The notes below the pieces were generated by a model that was given only the letters and a program-made list of their open reading frames with translations, searched no databases and was not told the DNA's origin. Positions 1-7,744 of a stretch of DNA of 45,110 bases are shown here, in pieces (within the stretch, counting starts at the first letter, position 1; the number at the start of each line of letters is the position of its first letter). The stretch is from a virus. Taxonomy: Duplodnaviria; Caudoviricetes. The position numbers and the translations under genes are program-made. The stretch lies in IMG/VR virus record IMGVR_UViG_3300038393_001492, positions 1 to 45,110 of that record, one strand, 5' to 3'.

Positions 1-2
1 CG

Positions 3-224
3 CACCCGACAGCCTGGGCAGAGGCGTGCGAATCTCTCGGCGCGTTCCGCGCCGCCTGCCTGGTGCTGATCGTCGCCCAGCTCCACGAGGACGAGACGCG
101 ACGCGGTGAGATTCGCATCAAGAACCCCGGCGGCTACTTCCGGCAGCTTGTGCGCCTGTGCGCCGAGGGTCGCTACGGGATCGAGGCTGAACTGATGGCG
201 ATGCGTCGCCGCAAGATGACCTAG
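3..224 (+). CDS. repC: repABC-type replication initiator RepC, C-terminal fragment (5' part outside window)
   Basis: Not in the ORF track. Frame from nt 3 reads HPTAWAEACESLGAFRAACLVLIVAQ...IKNPGGYFRQLVRLCAEGRYGIEAELMAMRRRKMT*. This fits the RepC C-terminal pattern AW.EAC..G...A...I.(S/N)PGGY(L/F)R.L...G...LMAL. Confidence 0.8.
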   Translation, partial: HPTAWAEACESLGAFRAACLVLIVAQLHEDETRRGEIRIKNPGGYFRQLVRLCAEGRYGIEAELMAMRRRKMT

Positions 225-234
225 GAGGATCACT

Positions 235-519
235 GTGTCGGAAAAAGGCGAAGTCGATATTCTGAACATGCCGCGGGACTATGAGATGGAATTCAACTTC
301 ACGGAGTTGAACATCATCACCGTGGAAATGAAGAAGCGCGCCGAAAAACTGCGTCGGAAGGCGAAGCTCGATGAGCTTGCTGGGAACACGGAGAGCGCGA
401 AGAAGCGGCTTCGCTTTGCTCGCTATGCCCAGCACGTCTCAGACCGCGTCTTCGAGGTTCTGAATGCGGATATGGAAGCTCGAGGCATGATGGGTTTTCC
501 GAAGCCCGACAAGCACTAG
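235..519 (+). CDS. hypothetical protein (94 aa, lower GC)
   Basis: GGAGG RBS before GTG, 10 nt after the repC stop; helical, charged sequence. Confidence 0.65.
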   Translation: MSEKGEVDILNMPRDYEMEFNFTELNIITVEMKKRAEKLRRKAKLDELAGNTESAKKRLRFARYAQHVSDRVFEVLNADMEARGMMGFPKPDKH

Positions 520-532
520 AGAGGATCACGCC

Positions 533-793
533 GTGAAAGACGAAATTGCGGGCCCGAAGCTGAGGGCGGAACTCGATCGCATTCACCTGCGCCAGAATGC
601 ACAGGAATTGGCAATCAGTATGATCGGCAAGTTTGTCGCGGCCGACGACAAACGTTTCGTGCCGTGGGTTCGTGAGAACGTTGAGGCGCTGAGGAATAAT
701 CTTGAAAGTATGCCTGAAGAGGCCGCGACGACGAAAAAGCGAATGCTCGAAGCCTACGAGCATATCCTTCAAATGTTGACGCCACCGACCTAG
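533..793 (+). CDS. hypothetical protein (86 aa, lower GC)
   Basis: GAGG RBS before GTG, co-oriented with the previous ORF. Confidence 0.65.
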   Translation: MKDEIAGPKLRAELDRIHLRQNAQELAISMIGKFVAADDKRFVPWVRENVEALRNNLESMPEEAATTKKRMLEAYEHILQMLTPPT

Positions 794-803
794 TTGCTCG
801 GCC

Positions 804-836
804 AATAAAAAGGGCGGCCCAGGAGGAGCCGCCCTT
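804..836 (-). terminator. intrinsic terminator for the minus-strand ligase operon
   Basis: Stem AAGGGCGGC(810-818)/GCCGCCCTT(828-836) with an A-tract at 804-811 (U-tract on minus strand). Confidence 0.75.
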
Positions 837-900
837 GCACACACAGAAAGGAAAGCCGATCCAGTCGGTCCCACCCGAGTGTCTTACGGGTGGGCGCCTG

Positions 901-920
901 GTAAGTCAACGGTGACTTAT
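901..920. promoter_or_regulatory. 20-bp palindromic box 1 (GTAAGTCAACGGTGACTTAT)
   Basis: Dispersed palindrome family; overlaps the ligase stop codon. Confidence 0.85.
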
Positions 921-2326
921 GCCGCGACGCGCAAGGCCTCGTCCTTGTCATCCCTCCAGCGGACGAAGCGCGGATGGCGCAGCGAGCCGTCGGGCGTAAC
1001 CTCGTGGTATTCGACCTCGCACAGCCGGCCGAGCGCCCGGCCCGGGACAGCCTCGAGGATCGCATTGGCCTCGGCCAGGGCGTCGTCGTGCCGGCAGTCC
1101 GCCTCGAACTGCTCGCGCTGCGCGTCCGAGAAGCCGCCGCCGACCCGCACCTCGACCCCGTTGTGATCGACGATGAAGCCGCCGAACTTGCCTTCGAGCT
1201 TCGTGCCGACCTTGCCCTCGAACCAGCCGGTGACGCGCAGGTCGGCCGTCTCCTCGGCCTTCATCTTGAGCCAGAGGAAGCCCTTCTTCTTCACGTAGTG
1301 ACCGTCCCAGGGCTTCACCATCGCGCCCTCGAGGCCGTTGGCCCGGTGCTCGGCGTAGATCGCCTGGATCTTCTCGTGCGAGTTCGCCTCGCGCAGGTCG
1401 GTGAGCTGGACCGGGGCGCCCTCGGGCGCACAGCCGACCACGAACGCCAGCACCCTGCGCCGGACCTTGAGCGGGACCTTCCACTCGATCTGCCCGGTGT
1501 CGCGCATGAAGGCGTAGGGCACGATGTCGAAGACGTGGAGGATCGTGTCGGTGGCCTCCTCACCCTTCCGGCGCAGGTCGCCCGAGGTGGTCTTGTAGGA
1601 GCCGGACACAGCCTCGCCGTCGATCGCGGCCGACGGGCCGGCGTCGCCGCCCAGCAGGTCCCAGATGAAGCGGCGCACCTTCTCCGACATGCCCGGGCAG
1701 CTCTCGGCGTTCTGCACCCTGGCCCGGGCGTTATCGACCATCTGCGCCAGGAACGGGCCGGCCCAGTCGAGCTGCGGGAAGTGGTTGCCCACGCGCGAGA
1801 ACGCCTTCGACACCCCACCCGAGATCAGGCTCATGCCGCGGAACCCATCGAGCTTGGGCTCGACCGCGACCGGAAAGACCTTGATGCGCTTCTCCTCGTA
1901 GGCCTTGGAGAGCATCAGGTCGAAGGTCGGCACCGTGTTCGGCAGGACCAGGTTGATCGTCTTCTCGGAGATCCCGCAGCGCAGGTCCTTGCGCAGGATC
2001 AGCCAGAGCAGCTTCGAGGCGAACGGGTCGAGCCATGTGAGCATCTGCTCGACCTCCTCCTTGGCCGCGTTGCCGGTCAGCGAGCGCTTCGCCAGCCGGT
2101 CGAGGAGCGACCAGACCTCGGGCGTGTCCGTCGTGAAGACGGCCTTGCCGAAGGTCTTCACCTGGGGCGGCGTGATGCCGAAGGTGATGAAGGGGTCGTA
2201 GGCGAGCCGGACGACCCGCTGCACGAGCGGATCGTCGATGTGCTTGCGCAGCAGGTCCTCCTTCGCGTTGCGCGAGCTGGTGGCCGCGATCTCGTCGAGG
2301 AGAGTGATGACGTCGTAGGAGTTCAC
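917..2326 (-). CDS. ATP-dependent DNA ligase
   Basis: KxDG motif I (EPKLDGFR), IDGEA, VFDIV, EGAMVK, WLKMK, C-terminal LRHPRFVRWRDDK. Confidence 0.95.
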   Translation of the reverse strand: MNSYDVITLLDEIAATSSRNAKEDLLRKHIDDPLVQRVVRLAYDPFITFGITPPQVKTFGKAVFTTDTPEVWSLLDRLAKRSLTGNAAKEEVEQMLTWLDPFASKLLWLILRKDLRCGISEKTINLVLPNTVPTFDLMLSKAYEEKRIKVFPVAVEPKLDGFRGMSLISGGVSKAFSRVGNHFPQLDWAGPFLAQMVDNARARVQNAESCPGMSEKVRRFIWDLLGGDAGPSAAIDGEAVSGSYKTTSGDLRRKGEEATDTILHVFDIVPYAFMRDTGQIEWKVPLKVRRRVLAFVVGCAPEGAPVQLTDLREANSHEKIQAIYAEHRANGLEGAMVKPWDGHYVKKKGFLWLKMKAEETADLRVTGWFEGKVGTKLEGKFGGFIVDHNGVEVRVGGGFSDAQREQFEADCRHDDALAEANAILEAVPGRALGRLCEVEYHEVTPDGSLRHPRFVRWRDDKDEALRVAA

Positions 2327-3057
2327 GCGGCTGCCTTTGCTGCTGCGGCCTGCTTGGCGCGGGCCATTTCGAGGAGGGACATGCCCTTGCCGGCCGGGGC
2401 CGGTGCGGGCTTCGGAGCGGGTGCGGGCGAGGGCTTCGGCTTTGCCGCGGCTGCTGGAGCCGGTCCCTCGCCCTGTCCTGCCTCTTCGCGCGGGCGCACT
2501 GATCCAGCGCTACTCGGGGCAGGCGTCTCGGAGGCCTTCGCGACCGCGCGGGTGACGGCGGCCGACAGGTCGCCCGACATCGCGGCGGCGACGAGCGCCT
2601 TATCGGCGGCCGGCTTGGCGTCCTCGCGCTGCACGGAGGCGAGCTTCACCGCCGGCGCCTTCCGGCCGGGGCGCGCCTTCGCGCCGGAGCTCGCCGCCTC
2701 GTTCGCGGCCCGGATCGCTGCCAGCTCGTCGCCCTCGACCCCGTAGCGGGTCACGGCGTCGTCGCGCACCAGGATCGGGTGGACCTGGTCGAGGATCTCG
2801 CCCTTGAGCGGGATCACCTTCGGCTCAGCCGACCAGTAGAGGTCCTCGCCGGTGCGCTGGATCTGACGGTTGATCCAGTAGGTCGGGCACTTCGAGGACA
2901 TCATGCAGGCCTGGCAGCCGCGTCGCTCCTCGGGCTTGCGCCCCTTCGCGACCTGCTGTTCGAGCTCCAGGCAGTCGGCGAGGCGCGTCTCGGACCCGAA
3001 GACCGGGCAGACGATCAGGGCTTCGTTCTTCGGCGAGTAGGTCTTGATGAGCGTCAT
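2323..3057 (-). CDS. hypothetical protein, Cys-rich (putative Zn-binding) N-terminus with Ala/Pro/Lys-rich tail
   Basis: CPxxG...C...CxxC...KCP; stop overlaps the ligase start. Confidence 0.75.
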   Translation of the reverse strand: MTLIKTYSPKNEALIVCPVFGSETRLADCLELEQQVAKGRKPEERRGCQACMMSSKCPTYWINRQIQRTGEDLYWSAEPKVIPLKGEILDQVHPILVRDDAVTRYGVEGDELAAIRAANEAASSGAKARPGRKAPAVKLASVQREDAKPAADKALVAAAMSGDLSAAVTRAVAKASETPAPSSAGSVRPREEAGQGEGPAPAAAAKPKPSPAPAPKPAPAPAGKGMSLLEMARAKQAAAAKAAA

Positions 3058-3579
3058 CTACCACATCCCCCAGTTCTCGTTCTGCGCGACTTCCTCGGCG
3101 ACTGTCGGCTTTGCTGGCTCCACGAAGTCGGTGAAGGTGTGCTTGGGCTGGTAGCCCTTGCGCACGACCTTGCCGTTCGCGTCGAACTGCGGCGGCGGCT
3201 CCGGGTCCTTGACGTTCGAGGTGTCGGCGCCGGGCGCGATGTGTTCGAGGTTCGCGACCCCGAGCTTGTGCAGGTAGATGTGCCCGAGCTTCTTGCGGAA
3301 CTCGGCCTCGTCCTTGCACTCGACGATGGTGTCGCGGGCCGGATCGTGCTCGTAGCCGTTCCGCTTCTTGTCGCGGTCCTTGGCGTCGAACATCCCGACC
3401 GCCTGGTAGGCGTCGTCGTAGGTCTGGACGGACATCTGACCTTCGGTGTTGCGCTTGCCCCAGCGCTGGATGAGGACAGCCTTGCCCTCCCCGTTGGTGA
3501 TGAGGACCTGGTGGTATTCCTTGGTCCCTTGCCGATGGAGCATCGACTTCTTGCGCAGGGCGATCGGGTAGACCGGCAT
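3058..3579 (-). CDS. WGR-domain protein
   Basis: KEYHQVLI...VLIQRWGKRNTEGQ...KKRNGY fits the WGR pattern; GAGGAG RBS. Confidence 0.75.
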   Translation of the reverse strand: MPVYPIALRKKSMLHRQGTKEYHQVLITNGEGKAVLIQRWGKRNTEGQMSVQTYDDAYQAVGMFDAKDRDKKRNGYEHDPARDTIVECKDEAEFRKKLGHIYLHKLGVANLEHIAPGADTSNVKDPEPPPQFDANGKVVRKGYQPKHTFTDFVEPAKPTVAEEVAQNENWGMW

Positions 3580-3622
3580 GGCTCCTCTCTGTGCTGTGTG
3601 CGTGTGTCTCTCTCGCTCGCTG

Positions 3623-3646
3623 ACTATAGCGAGCGCGCGTCGGTTT
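3623..3646 (-). promoter_or_regulatory. putative promoter AAACCGA-N10-CTATAGT for the WGR-ligase operon
   Basis: -10-like TATAGT; similar to 6991-7014 and 15804-15827. Confidence 0.55.
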
Positions 3647-3647
3647 T

Positions 3648-3667
3648 GCGTGTCACCGCTGACTTAC
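3648..3667. promoter_or_regulatory. palindromic box 2 (GCGTGTCACCGCTGACTTAC)
   Basis: Family member between the primase stop and the WGR promoter. Confidence 0.8.
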
Positions 3668-3670
3668 CTG

Positions 3671-4804
3671 TCAGGCAGCGTGCGGTGCCTTCGCGCGGCG
3701 CTGCGCCGTGTAGGGGTTGCGCAGGCGCCACTCGACCGCGAGCCGCGGGCTGTATTCCTGGGCCTGCCAGATCGCGCGGCGCACCACCTCGGGCTTGGCC
3801 TCGTTCGGGTCCTGGTCGAGCGGCAGCAGGGCGATGCGCACCTTCAGCCCGATCTTGCGGATGCTCTCGGCGGCCTTCACGGCGGCGGCCAGCGCGTCGG
3901 GCGTTCCGTCCCAGCAGATGATGACCTCCTGGAGCCCGTAGCGCTTGAGCACGAGGAGCTGGCCGAGCTGGTCGCGGCCCTCGAGGTCGCCGGTGGACAG
4001 GTGCTTGCCGAACGAGCCGACCGGGACGATGTCGCGCAGGTCGCTCTCGCCGTCGACCGCGATCTTGAGCGAGAACACGTCGAAGGCGCCCTCCCCCATC
4101 ACGATGCGCCGGGCGCGCACGGCGTTGTGGCCGTTGTAGAGGAAGCGGCCGGTGCCGGGCAGCGCGGGCGGGAACAGGTATTTCGCGTCCTGGTCCCCGA
4201 TGATGTCGCGGCCCTGGAAGGTCACGAGCTGGCCGTCGAGGTCGTAGACCGGGATCAGCAGGCGCCGCTCCCACTTCTGGCCGCCCCGCGAGCCGTCGTC
4301 TTTGGTCCAGTTCCACCAGCCGGAGTCGCAGTAGCGCAGCCGGAAGTAGGCTGCGAGCTCCGAGCCGATGCCGCGACCCTCGAGGTATTTGAGGTTCTGG
4401 CCGTCAGCGGTCGGCAGCGCGAAGCTGTCGGGGAGCTTGATCTCGTCGGGCACCTCGACCGCGGCCGTCACGGTGCGCTTCGGCCGCCAGCCTTGCTCGA
4501 TGCAGGCCTGTTTGACGTGCTTGAGGGTCTCGCCCCACTTCTTCGCGTCCTTGTCGCCGTGCAGGTAGGCGTTGATGAAGGACAGCTTGGAGAAGCGGGT
4601 CTCGCACACGAAGCAGTTGCCGGTGCCGGTCTCCGCGTTGAGGTAGACCCGGTAGCGGCTGTCCCGGCAGTGGTCCTGCGGGCAGTCGCGGACGTTGATC
4701 TGCATGCCCGAGGAGCCGCGCGTGGGGCCCTTGTAGGCCAGGCCCTCGCGGTCGAACCACTGCTCCAGGTCGAGCTCCTCGGAGAGCTCCTTGATGTCGC
4801 TCAT
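3671..4804 (-). CDS. DNA primase (Zn-ribbon + TOPRIM)
   Basis: Start re-called at MSDIKEL (4804, ATGA overlap). CPxxxC...CFVC zinc motif, YLEGRGI, FQGRDI, EGAFD, DG TOPRIM motif. Confidence 0.9.
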   Translation of the reverse strand: MSDIKELSEELDLEQWFDREGLAYKGPTRGSSGMQINVRDCPQDHCRDSRYRVYLNAETGTGNCFVCETRFSKLSFINAYLHGDKDAKKWGETLKHVKQACIEQGWRPKRTVTAAVEVPDEIKLPDSFALPTADGQNLKYLEGRGIGSELAAYFRLRYCDSGWWNWTKDDGSRGGQKWERRLLIPVYDLDGQLVTFQGRDIIGDQDAKYLFPPALPGTGRFLYNGHNAVRARRIVMGEGAFDVFSLKIAVDGESDLRDIVPVGSFGKHLSTGDLEGRDQLGQLLVLKRYGLQEVIICWDGTPDALAAAVKAAESIRKIGLKVRIALLPLDQDPNEAKPEVVRRAIWQAQEYSPRLAVEWRLRNPYTAQRRAKAPHAA

Positions 4805-5019
4805 GCGGACCGCCTGATGATGCGCCGGAGCCGGCTGTTGACCGCGCTCTCGATGTTGCAGGCATCGGAGATGTTGCCCTCGACCCAGGACACCGCCCGG
4901 TTGCCGATCGCGTCGATCGGCTCGTCGACCTCGACCATGAGGACCTGCACGGGGCGCGGTGGCGAGAACCACCGGCGCTGCGTGTAGCGGGTCACGAACC
5001 TGAAACGTCCCGTCCTCAT
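4801..5019 (-). CDS. hypothetical protein (72 aa)
   Basis: ATGA overlaps with both neighbours. Confidence 0.55.
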   Translation of the reverse strand: MRTGRFRFVTRYTQRRWFSPPRPVQVLMVEVDEPIDAIGNRAVSWVEGNISDACNIESAVNSRLRRIIRRSA

Positions 5020-5333
5020 GCCGCCTTCCTCACCTCGTTGTCGTCGGTCAGCTCGTGGGCCTCGCAGCGCGGGTCCATGAGCACCTCGACCGCGTAGCGG
5101 CCGGCGATGCGCTGGGGCGCGAGGATCTCGATCACGTAGTCGAAGGCGTCCCAGCTCTCCGGGTCAGCCTCGACGTTCGCCTGGATCAGCATCTCGGCCA
5201 CGTCCGTGCCCCGCACGAACTCGGGCAGATCGACCTCGGCCTCGCTCTCGTAGGGCTCGGGCGGCTGGTAGGCCGGGTTCATCTTGATCTTCTGGCGCGG
5301 GCACTCGCGCCAGAGCACAACCAGCCTTGCCAT
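5016..5333 (-). CDS. hypothetical protein (105 aa)
   Basis: TAATG coupling to the helicase stop; typical codon usage. Confidence 0.7.
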   Translation of the reverse strand: MARLVVLWRECPRQKIKMNPAYQPPEPYESEAEVDLPEFVRGTDVAEMLIQANVEADPESWDAFDYVIEILAPQRIAGRYAVEVLMDPRCEAHELTDDNEVRKAA

Positions 5334-6694
5334 TACTTCGTGACCCCGAGGATCTTGTTGATGAACTTCATTCGCGCCCGATCCTGCTGAACCCTGAAGA
5401 CGACGCCTTCCTGGCCGTTACGATGTGCAACAAATTCGATGCGGGCTTCCGAGACCTGCTTCTCTTCTGCTGTGGCGGATATTGCGAGAACGACGTCGGC
5501 GATACGGATTTTATTGAAATCTTCTGCCACGTCGGTCGCCTTGACGCTCGTAGACTTGGCGCCCTCGCGGTTTGTCTGGGTGGCCGTGAGCACCGCGGCG
5601 TTCTCGCTGAAGGCGATGGCGCGCAGGTCGACCCAGATCGACTTGCTCTCCTGGATCGGATTGTCGTTGCGGTGCTCCGCGGCCATGATGTCCGCGTAGT
5701 CGACGATGATGAGGTCGAAGATGATCCCGCGGGCGCGGTAGCGCTCGATGAGGCGCCGGAGCTGGCTGCCCTTCATCGTCCCGGTCGGGAACTCGTGGAT
5801 GATGAACTTGCCGGCCGTCTTGGCGACCTTCCGGACCGCCTCGTCGACCTTGTAGGGGTTGTCGTTGAGCCCCTTCATCAGGGTGTCCGACACGTTCGCG
5901 TCGAGACGATCCGCGATGATCCGACCGGCGACCTCGAGGGAGACGTAGAGGACGTTGTAGCCGGCGAAGCTCGCGAACTTGCCGAAGTCGGCCAAGCCCA
6001 TCGACTTGCCGCCCTTGGCCGGCGCCATCAGCGCCGACAGCTCCTTGCGGCCCCAGCCGGAGTGGTAGAGCTCCTTGTCGAGCTCCGGGATGCCGGTCGT
6101 GATCCCGTCGGGCTTGTAGAGCCCGGCCGCGATCATCTTGCGCCGCTCGGTGCGCTCCTCGATGTGGTTGTAGTAGTCGATGCCGCCGGCGTCCTCGGCG
6201 ACGCCCACGAGCTTCGCCTGCTCGATGCGCTGGAAGGCCTTCGCGTAGTCGCCCCGGTCCATGTCCGAGACCGACGCGAGGATCGCCTCCTCGAGCGCCC
6301 GGTGCTTGGCGAAGGTCGAGACCTCGTCGATCACGAAATCCCGGTCCGAGATGTCGGACGAGAGGATCTCCTTGATCTTGTCGCGCACGTCCGCGACCAT
6401 GTCCTTGCGGATGATCTTGGACGCGATCGCGTTCTTGGTCAGCGCGACGAGCGTGACCTTGTCGGGCAGCATCTTATACTTGGCGAAGTATTCCGTGGTC
6501 AGCTTGACCAGGACGGCTTCGGCCTCGTTGACGAAGTAGAGGGGCTGGATCAGCCCGTCACAGCGCTGCGCGAACACCGGGTCGCGCACCTGGAGCGCGG
6601 CGACCTTGGTCTGAAAGTCGGCGTCGAACTGGAAGGCGGCCGGGTTCGCGACCGGCGTGGCATCGTCCTCCTCGACCGTGACGTGCGCGGTCAT
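5333..6694 (-). CDS. replicative DNA helicase, DnaB-like (SF4)
   Basis: GITTGIPELD, Walker A APAKGGKS, YVSLE, Walker B IIVDYAD, ATQTNR. Confidence 0.92.
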   Translation of the reverse strand: MTAHVTVEEDDATPVANPAAFQFDADFQTKVAALQVRDPVFAQRCDGLIQPLYFVNEAEAVLVKLTTEYFAKYKMLPDKVTLVALTKNAIASKIIRKDMVADVRDKIKEILSSDISDRDFVIDEVSTFAKHRALEEAILASVSDMDRGDYAKAFQRIEQAKLVGVAEDAGGIDYYNHIEERTERRKMIAAGLYKPDGITTGIPELDKELYHSGWGRKELSALMAPAKGGKSMGLADFGKFASFAGYNVLYVSLEVAGRIIADRLDANVSDTLMKGLNDNPYKVDEAVRKVAKTAGKFIIHEFPTGTMKGSQLRRLIERYRARGIIFDLIIVDYADIMAAEHRNDNPIQESKSIWVDLRAIAFSENAAVLTATQTNREGAKSTSVKATDVAEDFNKIRIADVVLAISATAEEKQVSEARIEFVAHRNGQEGVVFRVQQDRARMKFINKILGVTK

Positions 6695-6698
6695 CGGC

Positions 6699-6962
6699 TC
6701 AGCCCTCGTGGATCTCGTAGCCCAGCAGGTTGCCCTTGCAATAAGTCAGTGCTGACTGACCATTGCCCGCGAGCTTGATTGTGAACTGGTCCGCGGCGAT
6801 GAGCTTGCCGGTGCGGTTGCCGCCGCCGGCGAACATCACGGTGATCTGCCGGCCGATGCCGGCCTTCAGGTCGTCCTGGTGGCTCCAGGCGCGGGGCTTC
6901 ATCGGCTGGCGCGGAGCGCTCGGGCCGCGACGCTCGATCACGGGGCGGGTCTGGGGCTTCAT
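6699..6962 (-). CDS. Hfq/Sm-like RNA-binding protein
   Basis: QITVMFAGG..RTGKLIAADQFTIKL...LTYCKGNLLGYE aligns by eye with Hfq Sm1/Sm2 (GQIESFDQFVILL...MVYKHAIS). Start chosen at MKPQ (GAGAG RBS). Confidence 0.6.
   Translation of the reverse strand: MKPQTRPVIERRGPSAPRQPMKPRAWSHQDDLKAGIGRQITVMFAGGGNRTGKLIAADQFTIKLAGNGQSALTYCKGNLLGYEIHEG
6741..6760. promoter_or_regulatory. palindromic box 3 (ATAAGTCAGTGCTGACTGAC), inside the Hfq-like CDS
   Basis: Family member ~47 bp upstream of the helicase start. Confidence 0.8.
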
Positions 6963-6990
6963 CGTGTCTCTCTTCTGTTGCGTCACGCTT

Positions 6991-7014
6991 TCTATAGCGA
7001 GCGCATGTCGGGAT
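6991..7014 (-). promoter_or_regulatory. putative promoter ATCCCGA-N10-CTATAGA for the Hfq-like/helicase operon
   Basis: Shares CCGAC..GCGCTCGCTATAG with 3623-3646. Confidence 0.55.
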
Positions 7015-7017
7015 TTC

Positions 7018-7743
7018 TCAGCGAACGTCGTCGATCCTGCTCATCACCAGATCGCCCCAGCGCGCCCGGGCCTTGGCCTCGGGGAGGACCTGCTCGTCGT
7101 AGATCAGGCCCTTGAGGGTGTAGATGATGTTGGACCGCTTCGAGACCTGCTCCAGGAGCCACTCGTGGTGCGCGTCCTGGATCGGCGAACCCTGGTAGCG
7201 CTCGTTCTTGAACCGCTCGTCCTTGGCGACGTAGAGGATGCCCTCCTGCCGGTCCTTCCAGGTGTCCGAGACGGCCGTGAGCAGGTCGAAGTTGTAGAGG
7301 TGCGTCGGGCGCGGGAGGTATTCCTTCCGGCACTTGCGCAGCGACCAGTGCATCGCGATGCCGATATAGAGGTCGTAGGGCATGCACAGCCCGTCGGCCA
7401 TCTGCCGGGCCTTCCACAGGCCGGCCCGGTCGGTGTTGCGCTTGCCCAGATCGAAGGGGTCCTCGGCCTTGACCCCCTTCACGTATTCGGCCCGGTCCCG
7501 GTCGAAGGTCGTGGCATACATCTGCTTGTAGACGCGCCGATAGGCGTCGGTGAACAGGTAGGTGGCCTGGACCGGGTGCATGAAGCGGTAGTCGAACCAC
7601 TTCGAGGTCATCAGCCAGCGCTCCGGCTCGGTCCAGTCGCCCGGCAGCGCGTGCATGATGTCGTGGCAAGCCTCGAGGGGCAGATCGACCCCGAAGATCG
7701 TCTCTGCCCCCTCCCCTGCTGCCTCTGTGTGTGCGTCGTGCAT
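7018..7743 (-). CDS. conserved phage hypothetical protein (KWFDYRxMHP motif)
   Basis: Strong coding bias; the motif recalls the gene upstream of helicase in SSU5/pHCM2-like elements. Confidence 0.8.
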   Translation of the reverse strand: MHDAHTEAAGEGAETIFGVDLPLEACHDIMHALPGDWTEPERWLMTSKWFDYRFMHPVQATYLFTDAYRRVYKQMYATTFDRDRAEYVKGVKAEDPFDLGKRNTDRAGLWKARQMADGLCMPYDLYIGIAMHWSLRKCRKEYLPRPTHLYNFDLLTAVSDTWKDRQEGILYVAKDERFKNERYQGSPIQDAHHEWLLEQVSKRSNIIYTLKGLIYDEQVLPEAKARARWGDLVMSRIDDVR

Positions 7744-7744
7744 C

